The notes under the pieces were generated by a model. It saw only the letters and a program-made list of their open reading frames with translations. It was not told where the DNA came from and ran no database searches. This document shows, piece by piece, positions 50,562 through 63,437 of a stretch of 64,000 bases of DNA. The DNA lies in the NCBI GenBank assembly GCA_030390025.1, contig CM059438.1:66962001-67026000 (forward strand), given 5' to 3'. Every line of letters starts with the position of its first letter. Within the stretch, counting starts at the first letter, position 1. Source of the DNA: Squalus acanthias. Lineage: Eukaryota. Position numbers and translations under genes: made by a program.

Positions 50562-52352
50562 TAACACAATTTCTAAATTTGCAGACGACACCAAGTTGGG
50601 GGGGATTATCAATACTGAGGAGGACTGCAACAAATTACAGGAGGACATTAATAAACTTGCAGAATGGGCAAATAATTGGCAAATGAAGTTCAACACAGAT
50701 AAATGTGAGGTATTACATTTTGGTAGGAATAGGGAGGTCACTTATCACTTGGAGGGTGCGAGTCTAGGTAGGGTAGAGGAACAAAGGGATCTCAGAGTAC
50801 AAATACACAGATCACTAAATGTTGCAACACAGTTTAACAAGGCCATAAAAAAAGCAAACCAAGCACTAGGGTTTATTTCTAGAGGGATAGAAAAGTAGGG
50901 AAGTTATGCTAAACCTGTATCGAACCTTGGTTAGACCACACTTAGAGTAATGCATCCAGTTCTAGTCACCATATTATAAAAAGGATATAGAGGCATTGGA
51001 GAGGGTGTAGAGAAGATTTACAAGGATTATACCAGAAATGCGAGGGTATACATATCAGGAAAGGATGAACAGGCTGGGTCTCTTTTCTCTTGAAAAAAGA
51101 AGGCTGAGTGGTGACCTAATAGAGGTCTTTAAAATTATGAGAGGTTTTGATAGAGTGGATACAGAGACAATGGTCATAATTTTCTGGTTGGAGGCGGCTT
51201 GGGAGCGGGTCAGGTGGCTTCCGGGTTCCAGTCCCACCCCCAACGACATCTGGCCCACAGATGTGATTTTTCATCAATTGGCCTTTTTAAGCCCACCCTG
51301 CGGGCTTGGCAGCCAATTAGGAGGAAGCCGGTGTCAGATGACGTCATTTGATGACGCGTCATCTGCCGGTTTTCTTAAAGGGGCCACGCACATTTTTTTT
51401 TGACAGCTGATTTCTCAGTGTTTGACAGCATTGAGGTGCTGCAAACACTGACAATCACTGTACAAAGATGAGCTCTTGAACCCAGACTCCCTCCTTAGTC
51501 TAGAACAGATGGCAGCTGCAGGTGAGGTTACAGAAGCGATCTGTCACTGGTGAGAGAGATTCTCCCAATGAGGTGGGACTACACATACAAATCAAAACTT
51601 GTTACCTACAGAAAAGTCTAAATGCATTAAAAATGAATTTCCCAACATTTTCTTACCTCTGAAACTCACCAGTGCACCATTGGATCCTTCACACCATTTC
51701 TGCAGCTGTCATCAATGCATAAACATTACAGCAGACTCACAACACACCACACTTACCTGGCGTGGTGTCCGGACATTGGGAAGCCCACAGTAGAAGTGTC
51801 AAAATTGGAAAAAGCCTGTTAACTGCCTGTTAACAAGCAGTTAAGTGGCTATAATCCTTTTCCTGCTGCTAGGTGTCGGGTCCATGCACAAATCGGGGAC
51901 CCGACACTTGGGAAGATTGATTGGAGGCGGGTTGACAGTGGGTTTCCGACCCGCTGTCAATCTTTGCGATTTTGCCAGATGTCCCGCCACCAAACCCTGA
52001 GCGCCGGCAAAATTCCGACCAATGTTTCCACTTGTGGGGAAGAGCATAACTAGAGGCCATCAATATAAGATAGTTACCAAGAAATCCAATAGGGAACTCA
52101 GAAGAAACTTCTTTACCCAGAGGGTAGTGAGAATGTGGAACTCGCTACCACAGGGAGTGATTGAAGCGAATAGTATAGATGCATTTAAGGGGAGGCTAGA
52201 TAAGCATATGAGGGAGAAGGGAACAGAGGGTTATGCTGATACATTTAGATGAGGAAAGATGGGAGGAGGTTCGAGTGGAGCATAAACACCGGCATGAACT
52301 AGTTGGGCCGAATGGCCTGTTTCTGTGCCGTACATCCTATGTAATCCTATGT
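50562..52352 (+). mobile_element. CR1 (50562-51171 + 52021-52352) split by a MITE
   Basis: [10 protein letters not shown]; ORFs 50596-50898, 51038-, 52022-52252; ATCCTATGTA tail. Confidence 0.93.
51172..52020. mobile_element. Harbinger-type MITE
   Basis: TIRs GGTCATAATTTT / AAAATTCCGACC; TSD AAT (51169-51171, 52021-52023). Confidence 0.85.
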
Positions 52353-53756
52353 AGATGCTGAAGGGTTGAATGATTATCTTCACAGACTTGCAATAGTTGC
52401 CAACTGATGTTAAATTCACTAAGCAAGTGAAGTCCCCTTAGCCCAAGAGGCCTCAGCTGGTGAGATAATAACTTTTCAGCAGCTTCCTGCCGGCATTTGA
52501 TTTTGCAACCAATTCTTTCACCTTTTATTTACCTGCCAGTTTGGAGGTTTGGAGAAAGGCACGAGCAGTTGAGAAACATGGCAAAGAACATCATTTCTCC
52601 TGAGGTCTTTAAACTGTTCAAATTGGTCTTTAGATGGTTATTTATTTGGACGCTTGAGAAATAGTTAGACAGCTCACCCTCAGGGATATGAGCTGGGCAG
52701 GTAATTTTGGCCACGAAATGACATGAATCTGTCATTCATGAAAGAAAGACTTATGAAATAATACTGAGTGGCCTGCGGGTGGCGCTGTCCAGGGAGAGTA
52801 TAAATACTTGGGCACGGGCCCAGCTTGCGCAGGACATTCTTAACAGGAACTAGTGAAGGACACAACTAGACCTCCATATTGTAAAACAGTTGATTAAAGC
52901 TTTGTTTAATGCTTAGACCAAGTGCCTAGTAGTTTTCTTACATCACGATATATACATGGTGGGCAAATAATTACCCTTTATTTAAATTGTGGTGAATTTT
53001 ACCCGGCAACAGTGCTGCAAATCAGACAGCACTATCAAACTTATGTTTCGTAACTTCCTAAACTGCAGTCAATATAACAGCAATTCCAGGGCTCAGTGAC
53101 TCTAAAGATGATGTATGTCCCATATATTTACTCTTTCATTGGCACTATTGAATTCTGTGCACCACTCTGGATCCAGTCGCACGGCTACAGTTGCTGTAGC
53201 TTATCTCTGACATTGCAGCTCCCCAAATGGCACTCTGTTTTATGTTTGGAAGTAATTCTTGGACTTACTGTTGAGCTGAGTGCAGAGACCATTTATAAAA
53301 TGCTGCTGTATGTCATTGTCCAGAGTTGGATTGAAGGAAAGAGGGTTAAATTCACTCTACGATATTGGTGACAAGTTGTTTAAAATGTGTTTATGATCTG
53401 TGTGTACTCCAGATACTCTTTTTCGTGCCGAGTGCCAAGGTTTGCTTTCACAGGAAGTTCACACACCTTGGTGTCCTTATTCAGGAGTTAATCTGGGAAT
53501 ACAGGCCACGGTGTCAACAAATAACTTTTTTTCCCAGTGAGTCCCCACTGGAAATAGTATGGATTGCCACCATACAAACCTGATCTGTCCATCGAAAGGA
53601 CAAATAACACTCCGACAAACTGCGTGACCAGGGAACAAACAATAAATTGTGTTTTAATAAGAATTGAAAGTAGCAGAAAATGAAAACAACAGCAAATGGA
53701 TAATTCTCAGTGTTTCACTTAATGCATGGAATCTGTTACAAAACAATAATGTCCTT

Positions 53757-53999
53757 TAGGGTAGGAAATCTGCCGCCCTTACCTGGTCTGGCCTATATGT
53801 GACTCCAGACCCACAGCAATGTGGTTGAATCTTAACTGCCCTCTGAGTTGTACCAAACTGCTGCAAAGAAGTATCACCACACGGACTGCAGCGGTTCAAG
53901 AAGACGGCTCACTACCACCTTCTCAAGGGCAAGTAGGGATGGTCAATAAATGCTGACCTTGCCAGTGACACCCACATCCCATGAACAAATTTTTAAAAA
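53757..53999 (+). mobile_element. Non-LTR retroposon 3' tail (unclassified)
   Basis: GGACTGCAGCGGTTCAAGAAG..CACCTTCT..AATAAATGCTG..CCCACATCCC; inverted homolog at 60410-60722. Confidence 0.7.
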
Positions 54000-54832
54000 C
54001 TGTTCTGACATTCTATATGATATTATACTTTTACTTTGGACAATATCCGCAACGCAAGGTTTGTACATTAAAAATCATCATTTCACTAGCTGCTAGTTGC
54101 TTGGCAAAGCAGTAATTCATTTAAGAAAATTGGATGATGGGTTTCAATTATAGCCCCTCCTGACTTTGCAATTCGAAATGGGATAAAAGAAAATGCATGA
54201 AGGTAACCTTTAACTTACACAAAATTGCCAAGCAAGGAGGTGTTCATAGGTACAGAAACTGCCTGAGATTTTCCTGATATAAGGTGTAGACCTATAGAAG
54301 ATCAATGGGTCTTCTCCTTTGCTTCTCTAATCACTCCCCTTTTCCCCCGGGGTGGACTGGCCAGCACAAATCATGCCAATCATCTGTGGTACTTGCTGAT
54401 CAATCCACCTTGCCGGGGTCAGTTAACCACGCACCTCTCCTGAAGTGATATTAATGCTTTAGTTAAGATGTTACTTTTCCCTCCTCCCCTCCCCCCGCCC
54501 CACCCCGCGGAAAAATGCACCCCCTTCAGAATGTAAAGGAAATACTTAAAACTTGCTTCAATACTGCCAATCTACAAATTCCCATGAAGAAATTTTGATA
54601 TTAGAGTTCTTCATGATTCACAACAAGCCTGATCTTCACACCATCACAGTGTCCATGTGATATTTTTCTGGTTTCAGCGAAGGCATTCACCCATTGTTAA
54701 CAAATAGCGTAATACCTTGTAGCCAAGGATTTCATACAAATGTGTCATGCTTTCATTACTAATATTGCACTACCAGTTGTCAACCCAATAAAAAAGTCAC
54801 CATTCAATGGAGTTCTGTCCTTTTAAAGCAAT

Positions 54833-54951
54833 TATTCACAAAATAATCCTAAGTGGCTCAAATAACAGGTTGCTGTGAATCTTCAGGTCACTCCTACTGG
54901 AGGCGAGGTCTTTAGTTGCCATTTATTTTGCTTTGTGGCTATTATTTTTTC
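54833..54951. repeat. Unique-sequence segment duplicated in inverted orientation at 56932-57051
   Basis: About 115 bp with about 3 substitutions in the core. Confidence 0.92.
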
Positions 54952-55509
54952 AATTAGTGAGTGTTGATGATCACGTACTGGAGTGAAATCACGAAGCTAA
55001 ATAATAAACCAATTTTAAAGAAGGTCTTGGTGTGTGATTTGGGAGTTGCATTCCTTCCTTAACTTCACCTCTCTTGTGGGGACCGACTCATTCCTTCCCT
55101 GTCTATGGGTCAGGCGGAATCACGACTATAATAAGATTTTAGTGTGATGCATTAACACTTGGAATTGATGCCAGGCTGTGTGTGGCTGACAATATCCAGC
55201 TGTATCAGTTTGATCAAGAACTGAATGGTGACCCTAGTGAAAGAGGTCTTCTCATTTCTCTACACAGCACTGATCATTTTCTTTGAAGTCCGACAGTAAT
55301 GGTAAAAGCAGTTTGTAATGCCAGTGTTTATCTAATTACTGGCAGGGCAGAATAGGACAACTGAGAATGGTGTTACAATATGAAGAAAAAGTTGCTCCCA
55401 TTTTTTTTATCGTGCTGGTATAGATATTTGAAATCTGTCAGATAAAAATTCAGGCCTCACTTTAATGTAAACCTGCAAAGCCATTCTAAAAATGTGTACA
55501 TTTCCATTT

Positions 55510-55974
55510 GAAAGAAAAGAAAGTATTGCATTTATATAGCGCCTTTCACGACCACCAGACATTTCAAAGCGCTTTACAGCCAATGAAGTACTTTTCTGAA
55601 GTGGAGTCACTGTTGTAATGTGGGAAACGTGGCAGCCAATTTGCGCTCAGCAAGCTCCCACAAACAGCAATGTGATAATGACCAGATAATCTGTTTTTGT
55701 TATGTTGGTTGAGGGATAAATATTGGCCAAGACACTGGGGATAACTCCACTGCTATTCTTCGAAATAGTGCCATGGGATCTTTTACATCCACCTGAGAGG
55801 GCCTCGGTTTAACGTCTCATCCGAAAAATGGCACCTTCGATAGTGCAGCACTCCCTCAGCACTACACTGGGAGTGTCAGCCTAGATTTATGTGCTCAAGT
55901 CCCTGGAGTGGGATTTGAACCCACAACCTTCTGACTCAGAGGCGAGTGTGCTACCCACTGAGCCACAGCTGACA
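55510..55974 (-). mobile_element. Full-length tRNA-derived SINE with L2-like tail
   Basis: Minus strand TGTCAGCTGTGGCTCAGTGG (A box), GGGTTCAAATCCC (B box), tail AAAGGCGCTATATAAATGCAA. Confidence 0.88.
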
Positions 55975-56921
55975 AAGTAGTCCAACAAAAGTGGTTAGCA
56001 GATCAACTTGAATAGGAAACAAGTTCTCAGTTTACACTGTTCATTAACATCATAAAAGCCATATCAATATCCAATCACCTTGCCTTTCTTACCACTTATA
56101 CTCACGTGTCTTCGCTTCTTAGCCCGTGAGATGGCTAATCAGCTATTGCAGCACAGGTTTGCACCGCAACAGCTCATTTGCTACATAAAGGGATCTGGCC
56201 AGTAGATCACTGTCGCTCCACTTCCTGATGAGCTCTTTATCGCTGGTATTGACTGCAATGCCAATCTGTCACTGTTGTGTCGCTCCAGGAGGAGACAGTG
56301 TGGGAATTCCTAGTCTCATGACAGATTGAGTATTCCCACCTATAAGTGAGGAGCTTTGGTTTACAAGGGCAAGAATGTCTTTGGGAACTGAAATGGAGGG
56401 GGCGGGGAAAGAGGAGGTAGATATCTCTGTAAACGTTGGGAGTAAGAGTAACTTTGGGTAGCTTTTGGGGATGTGATGGTCCAGTTGATCTATTGACTAT
56501 CAGGAAACCAAGTTACTTGTCTTCCATGTCATTTTTTGGTATAAAAATGTATCAATTGTGAAGCACCATTTTGAATGTAAAATCTAAAACTTTTCTGGGA
56601 CAACATACCCCCTGGACCTCACCAGAAATGTGGGCACAGTACGTTTGGGGAGAGAGCATGTGGAAGGAATGTGCAGATTCTAAATTTGTGGCTCCAGCCC
56701 TGGAAGTGGAAGGGCAGAAGTGTCTGGAGATAAAATGGTGAAGGTCCAAGCGATGTGCTTTATTCAGGATGGGAGCAAATCTCTCAGGTTCTATCTCAGA
56801 TTCTGACAAGCTGATGAGTACTAAATTGCTTCAGAAGCATTGTAACAAACCAGGAAAGCTCTACCAACCCACAAGGAACACTTCTTGGCTGCCAAACAGA
56901 TGACAAGTGGGGAATCTGCAA

Positions 56922-57510
56922 AGCTTGTGTGGAAAAAGTTAATAGCCACAAAGCAAAATAAATGGCAACTAAATACCTCGCCTCCAGTAGGAGTGACCTG
57001 AAAATTCACAGCAACCTGTTATTTGAGCCACCTAGGATTATTTTGTGAATACTTGGATTATACATATCAGGGAAGGATGAACAGGCTGGGTCTCTTTTCT
57101 CTTGAAAAGAAAAGGCTGAGGGGTGACCTAATAGAGGTCTTTAAAATCATGAAAGGTTTTGATGGAGTGGATACAGAGAGAATGTTTCCACTTGTGGGGA
57201 AGAGCAAAACTAATGGCCATCAATATAAAATAGTCACCAAGAAATCCAATAGGGAATTCAGAAGAAACTTCTTTACCCAAAGTGTGGTGAGAATGTGGAA
57301 CTCCACAAGGAGTGGTTGAAGCAAAAAGTGTAGATGCATTTAAGGGGAGGCTAGACAAGCATATGTGGGAGAAGGGAATAGAGGGTTCTGCTGATAGATT
57401 TAGATGAGGAAAGACGGGAGGAGGCTCGAGTGGAGCATAAACGCCAGCATGGACTGGTTGGGCCGAATGGCCTGTTTCTGTGCCGTATATCCTATGTAAT
57501 CCTATGTAAT
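56922..57510 (+). mobile_element. CR1 3' fragment (57056-57510) with a captured inverted local segment at its 5' junction
   Basis: ORF 57023-57319; ATCTGCAA repeated at 56914-56921 and 57511-57518 encloses both parts. Confidence 0.8.
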
Positions 57511-58569
57511 ATCTGCAACAAATGCAATAACATTCTTGTATTATTTTTGTAGGAAGTTCATCAGATGAGTTAGTTAGGAAGTGTACAGATGATGACAGAA
57601 TGACATTCTCACTGACGATACAGGAGTGGAATAAGAATGTTGTTTTGTGGCCTGAATCTGTCACTGTGAGGGTTGTTGAATCCAAGTTCAGAAGTTCACA
57701 TCTTCCCAAGAAGAGCTGGAATATTTGCTCAGTATTGTAATATTACCTCTTAGTAGATTGATTGCAAAATTTAGTGAAAACGTTTTGCTTGTCTAACAGT
57801 AAACAAAGGCTGAATGACAGCAAATTGCATTGTCACATAAACAAATGATGCTCAGATTCTGGAGTGAGTAATGTCTCCATTCCCTCTCAAAGTGATCACC
57901 TGTTGCTTACAAATCTGCCATAAAATGGAGGCAGTATTGATGTTTCAAGTTCTCCATTATTTATGGAACAAAATATTTGCAAGTTCTGTTGCCCATATTG
58001 AAACAGAGCGTGATGCTTATGTTTCATTTTTGGGTGACATTCATTGACCAATATTGTCTGCCTGGTAAACATGACTTCAAATCAAAACGAGAAAGTGAGA
58101 TTAATGGTTACATGGTATTAAACTTGCAGAAGGGAAGTTATTGAATTGGGGAAGTTGTTGAGGGGAGAATGGCATTTACAGGAGGTAGCAATCTCTCTTG
58201 TTCCCTGATCAATATCTCTGTTAGATTTTGGATGTGGGAGGGGGTTTGGGAAGAGAGTGATGAATTTATCAGTCATGCCATATCTCAGGTCATTGTAGAA
58301 ACTAACCCTGCATCACTAAAGCAAAAGAAGCATTTCCCCAGAAATAGATTACTGGCCCCTTAAACAACTATAAATGTGGACCTGAGGTGAAATGAGAAGC
58401 TGTTTCCCCATTTTTGAAATATATCAATAAACTTGAAATGTTAGTGTGAGGCCTATTTTGAAAGGTGACTGTCCACTGTAATCCACAAGTTCGCACACTT
58501 GGCCCACAAATGCACCTTAAAGCACCCAGCGAGCACAGAACACCTCTGAGAATGGCAACTATTTAGTAA

Positions 58570-58719
58570 AATTGAGAGGTCGCACAACACCAGGTTATAG
58601 TCCAACAGTTTTATTTGAAATCACAAGCTTTCGGAGCTATCGATTGCTCCTTCCTCAGGTGAAGTAAATTAGATACAGAATCGCCAAAGCATATATAGAT
58701 AGAGAACAAAGCATCATGA
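58570..58719 (-). mobile_element. 150-bp Penelope-like tail insertion
   Basis: 14-bp TSD CAACTATTTAGTAA (58556-58569, 58720-58733); homologous to 48357-48543 and 9274-9330. Confidence 0.88.
58621..58662 (-). ncRNA. Minimal type I hammerhead ribozyme motif
   Basis: UCAC-CUGAGGA-A-GGAGC-AAUCGAUA-GCUCC-GAAA-GC-U-U-GUGA: CUGANGA and GAAA boxes, 5-bp stem II, palindromic AGCU stem III, UCAC/GUGA stem I. Confidence 0.75.
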
Positions 58720-59164
58720 CAACTATTTAGTAACCATGACCTCTTTTCACCAGCCACGCAGGTTGTGGGCCCATTAACTCGGGCAGGGGGAGGAATTCAT
58801 CAGTGAATGATAGAGCCACAAAGCTCTATGGTGTGTAGAGATAACATGGTGTAACATTTTGCGCCTTTTGACTATATGACCGGGAAGGGATTTTGTTTTA
58901 ATTTGTATTATAATATTGCTCTAAAGGTTAGATTCAGCTTACAAAGAGTTACTCCTGGCATTGCAACATTTTTAACCTAACATTTAGAGCGTTATATAGG
59001 AAACCATGGTTAGCTGTGCTATACTTGACCTGGCGCCACAGGATGGCCACAGTGTTTTTGCCAACACCACTACCATCCTTCACCTTAATGAGTGCATTTA
59101 AAAAAAAATCAAGCCCACTTGTTGGGGTTGGGGGAGGGTTGGCGGGTGGCCGGGGGCTGGGTGC

Positions 59165-59268
59165 ATGTGTAGGAAGGGTCTAGTCATGATACTCCGGCCA
59201 TCATGAGTGTGGGTGAGGCTTGATGGACCAGCTGGTCTTTTCCTGCCTGTCACTTACGTATGTTCGTA
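59165..59268 (+). mobile_element. Old CR1-like 3' tail
   Basis: GGCTTGATGGACCAGCTGGTCTTTTCCTG hairpin followed by CGTATGTT-like repeats. Confidence 0.5.
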
Positions 59269-60409
59269 ATCATAAAGAACAGATGGAAAATAATTCTTTC
59301 AACAAAATAAAGGGTAATGCCTGATAAGCAGGGTGGAAGTGAGGTGAAAATAATGAGAAGGAACAAAAATACAGTCTTCGCTGATCAATTTTTAAATTAA
59401 CCAAGTTACACAGCATGAACTAGTAACCATGACCCACTATAGCAAACAGGCAGTGACTTGATACAGTAAATGTCACAGTAGAAATGGACAATTACAATTT
59501 ACTTGCGTGCACAGAACAATGTGCAGCCAGCAGCGGAAATTAAAATGGAAGATTTGATACAAGAGGTGAACACACTGGGGATTTTCCAAGGAGTCTGTTG
59601 GAGTCAGAAATGAAGTGAAAGTTTTAATTAAAAGAACACTTTCTTGCCACTGCCAACCAGCAAACATGAAAGAATGCATGTCCTGTTTTCTGTTTGCGTC
59701 AAGATTAGTACCTCGTCAGATTTTTATCCTCTGATTTTAAATTGAGATTCAATCTAGTTACTTTACTTGGATTGAAATCAATTATGGTAAGCACCGGCCC
59801 TTGAAATCTTAGATCTGTCCTGCTTCAGGTATCTGCTGCACAACGGACTCAGAAGACACATTGCACTCATGGAGGGCACAGAACTACAGTCTCTGCTCTC
59901 TCCCCAGGCAAAATCAGAGATTTGTGCTTAAATTTTATAGATGACTCACCTTGCGTTACCGTTATCGTAGACTGTCAGATAGCTCAAGACATTATGTTCT
60001 CAGCAGGTTAAAAAAGGATTTTCCCCTGAAACAGAAGTCTTGCCAAGCTTTCTCCTTTTACCAACGCTAACCCTTTCTCTCGCGGGTGTTTTGATGTAAA
60101 TCAATTCCTTTTCCCATTTCTACCACATTGAGAGCCTCTGACACGATTTTGAATTGGGAAGAAAATGAGCCGTGATGTTGCATTGTAAAACTTCCTTTCT
60201 TTCCACCCTCTCCTGTCCCCAGTATAAGCACCCAGCATATAATTTTGAAACTGCAGTCATAACCTCTTTATTGCTTCCATTTTTAACTCATCAACATCAG
60301 GACCATTTGCTGCTTTGTCCTGTTTGACTTGAGGTTTGGAAGAGGGCTATTCTTAATGCTGTTGCCTCATTGTTGGGTAAATATTTTTGTTTTTAACAAA
60401 CAAATTTAA

Positions 60410-60722
60410 AAAAAAGTTATTGATTCATTCACGGGATGTGGGCGTCGCTGGCAAGGCCAGCATTTATTGCCCATCCCTAATTGCCCTTCAGAAGGTGGTG
60501 GTGAGACACCTTCATGAACCGCTGCAGTCCGTGTGGTGAAGGTATGCCCACAGTGCTGTTAGGGAGGGAGTTCCAGGATTTCGACCCAGCGACGATGAAG
60601 GAACGGCGATATACTTCCATGTCAGGATAGCCTGTGACTTGGAGGGCAGTTTGGGAGGTGGTGGTGTTCCCCTACGCCTGTTGCCCTTGTCCTTCTAGGT
60701 GGTAGAGGTCGCAGGTTTGGGA
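60410..60722 (-). mobile_element. Non-LTR retroposon 3' tail (unclassified)
   Basis: Shares its terminal ~130 bp with 53757-53999 in inverted orientation. Confidence 0.7.
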
Positions 60723-60893
60723 GGACAAATAAAAAAATGTGCACAAATTGACTGGTCTTGTTAGAACTAGATTTTAAAAACTTTTCTGAGAAAGTTATGT
60801 TGATATTTCTACACAAACAATTCATTGGATCAGAGTATGATGAAAGGAAATCTGAATTAGGCCATTTCAGCACTTCATTCAAGGTAAAGGGGA

Positions 60894-61513
60894 TGTAAGA
60901 CGTGTAAATTTTTACTCCAGTCTAACAGTACTTAGAGTTCAAATCTGTATTGGAACAGACAACTCGAGACAAAGATTTCAGAGTAACTATTCTTTACTTA
61001 AAATCAACAGCGATTACAAGCATACATATGTACTAACACCAGCGAGTGATCATATCGGCGGTGACTCGTAGGTTCTCTTCTCTGTGCGACCGATCAAGTC
61101 TGCACTTTTTATACCCCAAAACTTAGCAGACCGCACAATGCGTACGTATCCCAGGCCACATTAACAATGGCCAGTAGTTGTTTTTCTTTCTCCTCTCTTT
61201 ATCTGTTAGTCAGTGGGCCTCAAGGTCGGTTACGCCATTGTCTGAAGGAGTTCCTGTTAACAATGGCTCGACGGTTTATTTTACAGAACTCTCAAGACCC
61301 ACTTCCTTACCTGTGATTTTTATGGAATTTGCCCAGTAACATGGCTCTCAGTCTCTCAAGGTATGCCGGTCCATTAAATTTGGTCAACTTTGAGTTTAGT
61401 CAAGTTACTTTACAGCGATGATGTATTCTTACAAGGCAAGCTCCAATTCTGAGTGCTGCGGAAAGTTGCACCTTAAGACTGTGGTCGGACTGCCACTTTA
61501 GTGTCTTGACACA
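60894..61513 (-). mobile_element. Probable solo LTR
   Basis: TGTAAGAC...GTCTTGACACA termini; TATAAAAAG on minus near 61110; flanks GGGGA/GTGGA (imperfect TSD). Confidence 0.45.
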
Positions 61514-61649
61514 GTGGAAGTCCCATTGTAGCAAGGATAAAATTGCAGTGTAATTCTGGAGTCAGACTCTGGAGCCCTACAGCATGAGACCTCCTGGGAA
61601 GGGTCTCACCTCATTTGAGTTGGACACCAGGCACATGGAGTACAACACA

Positions 61650-62045
61650 TGCAACAACAAGTTGCATTTATATAGCACCTTTAACATAGTGAAACATCCC
61701 AAGGTGCTGCACAGGAGCGTTATCAAAACAAAATTTGACATCGAGCCACATAAGGAGATATTAGGGCAAAAGCTTGGTCAAAGAGGGAGATTTTAAGGAG
61801 CGTTTTAAAGGAGGAAAGAGAGATAGAGAGGAGGAGCGATTTAGGGAGGGAATGCCAGAGTTCAGGGCCTAGGCAGCTAAAAGCACGGTTTCCAATGGTG
61901 GAACAATTGAAATAGGGGATGCGCAAGAGGCCAGAATTGGAGGCACGCAGAGATCTCAGATGTATGTAGAGCTGGAGGATGTTACAGGGATAGGGTGGGG
62001 GTGGGAGGGGGATGGGTTGCGTGGCCATGAAGGGATTTGAAAGCA
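61650..62045 (-). mobile_element. L2-type LINE 3' fragment
   Basis: ORF 61723-62046 LRSLRASNSGLL..STIGNRAFSCLGPELWHSLP. Confidence 0.8.
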
Positions 62046-63437
62046 TGCAGTATCAAACGTGGTTTTATAAAGTGCTCCCTTGGACCTACTAAGCACCTCA
62101 TAATTTTACCGGGAGCTAATTTAAATGTTGAGAGCGTGCCCTTCAACTCATCTCCAAACAATTGAATCTGAACCACTGGCAAAGGAACTTTATGCACACA
62201 TGTAAGCATGTGTGTGAACAGCTCTCTCTCTCTCTCTCTCTTCTGGACAAGAGAATTGCGTCTCCAGGCAGTACTAATGAAATTCTGCCTGGCTGGAACC
62301 AATACTGCAGCCAGCAATCTCAAATGGGTAGTTACAGTATAAATGTATTGTAAATGAGAGCATGAGAAGAGCTTGATTAACATGTTCCAAGATTTAGCAC
62401 CTGAACTTCAAAACAAAAAGACTTTTTAATGAAGTTGAGAAAAATTGAGCCCAAAAACTGCTAGTGTGTTTGGATCTCAGTATTCAATAAGACTCTATAT
62501 TAGTCACCAATGAAACAATTTCGTTTTTTAATTTTCTTCAAGAGGCAGTTGGATATGTTATCAAAAGAATGGATATGAAAGGATAAACCTGGGGTTTATG
62601 CTGGGACAGATAATCCTTATCAAGTATATTCTTCACACACTTTAATGCTGTTGTACTGGCGGAGAGATATTAGAAATGTAATTACATTTAGACCTGACTG
62701 GAATTTGGGGCTTTGTATGCAGTGTGTGTGTTTTTTTTCTTCTTTTCTCCTCATCTTTTTATGATCAAAGGGAATAAAATATTTATTTTGAATTAAACCT
62801 GCTTCAGATATTGGGAAGAGAAGGGGGGTTTGTGGGCAATACGTGCTGGCTTGTTTCCCCAAAGAGAGTGGGGTTCAGCAAATCTCAGCCGCACATTTGT
62901 GCTGTTGCAGATTTCACCATCTAACTTTTTGAAATTAATTTTTTTTAGATGTTTTCTTTCGGTTTCTACTCAAATTATTTTATTTTGAGGTAAAAGTCAC
63001 TCCACTGACACCACAGTTGACTGCTGCCTTTTCAGCCATTGCGCTCCTGTGCTCTGGAGCTCGCATCCTGAATCCCTCTGCCTCATGACTTCCCGCCTTG
63101 CTTGCAGAAACCTGCTCCAACCCCCTTCTGATCAGCCATTCTTCAGCCCCTACCCTGCCACGCCACCATAGTCCTTTCCATCTCTCACCTCCCTCCTCTT
63201 GGGTGCATTGTTGGGTTGTTCTCAATGTTACCTGCTTTAAAACATGTGAGGGCAACCAAAGAAGTACAAGTAGTTCTTATAAATGTGGACTTAACCACCA
63301 CTCACTGAAAGAGGGTTGTAGGAGCGTAAATGAGGCTGCAAAGTCCGTGACTTGCTTCTTACAAGACGGTGCACAGTATAATCACTCAATTGTCTTTCTG
63401 TGCTCTCAGAAAGCAAGACTCCCTTTGGTGAGACATC

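Noticed and set aside
55895..55974. tRNA gene
   Set aside because: A/B boxes belong to a SINE head continuous with a repeated SINE body
59950..60025. Minus-strand 76-nt exon-like segment with AAG|GTGAGT donor
   Set aside because: All three frames closed; no other evidence
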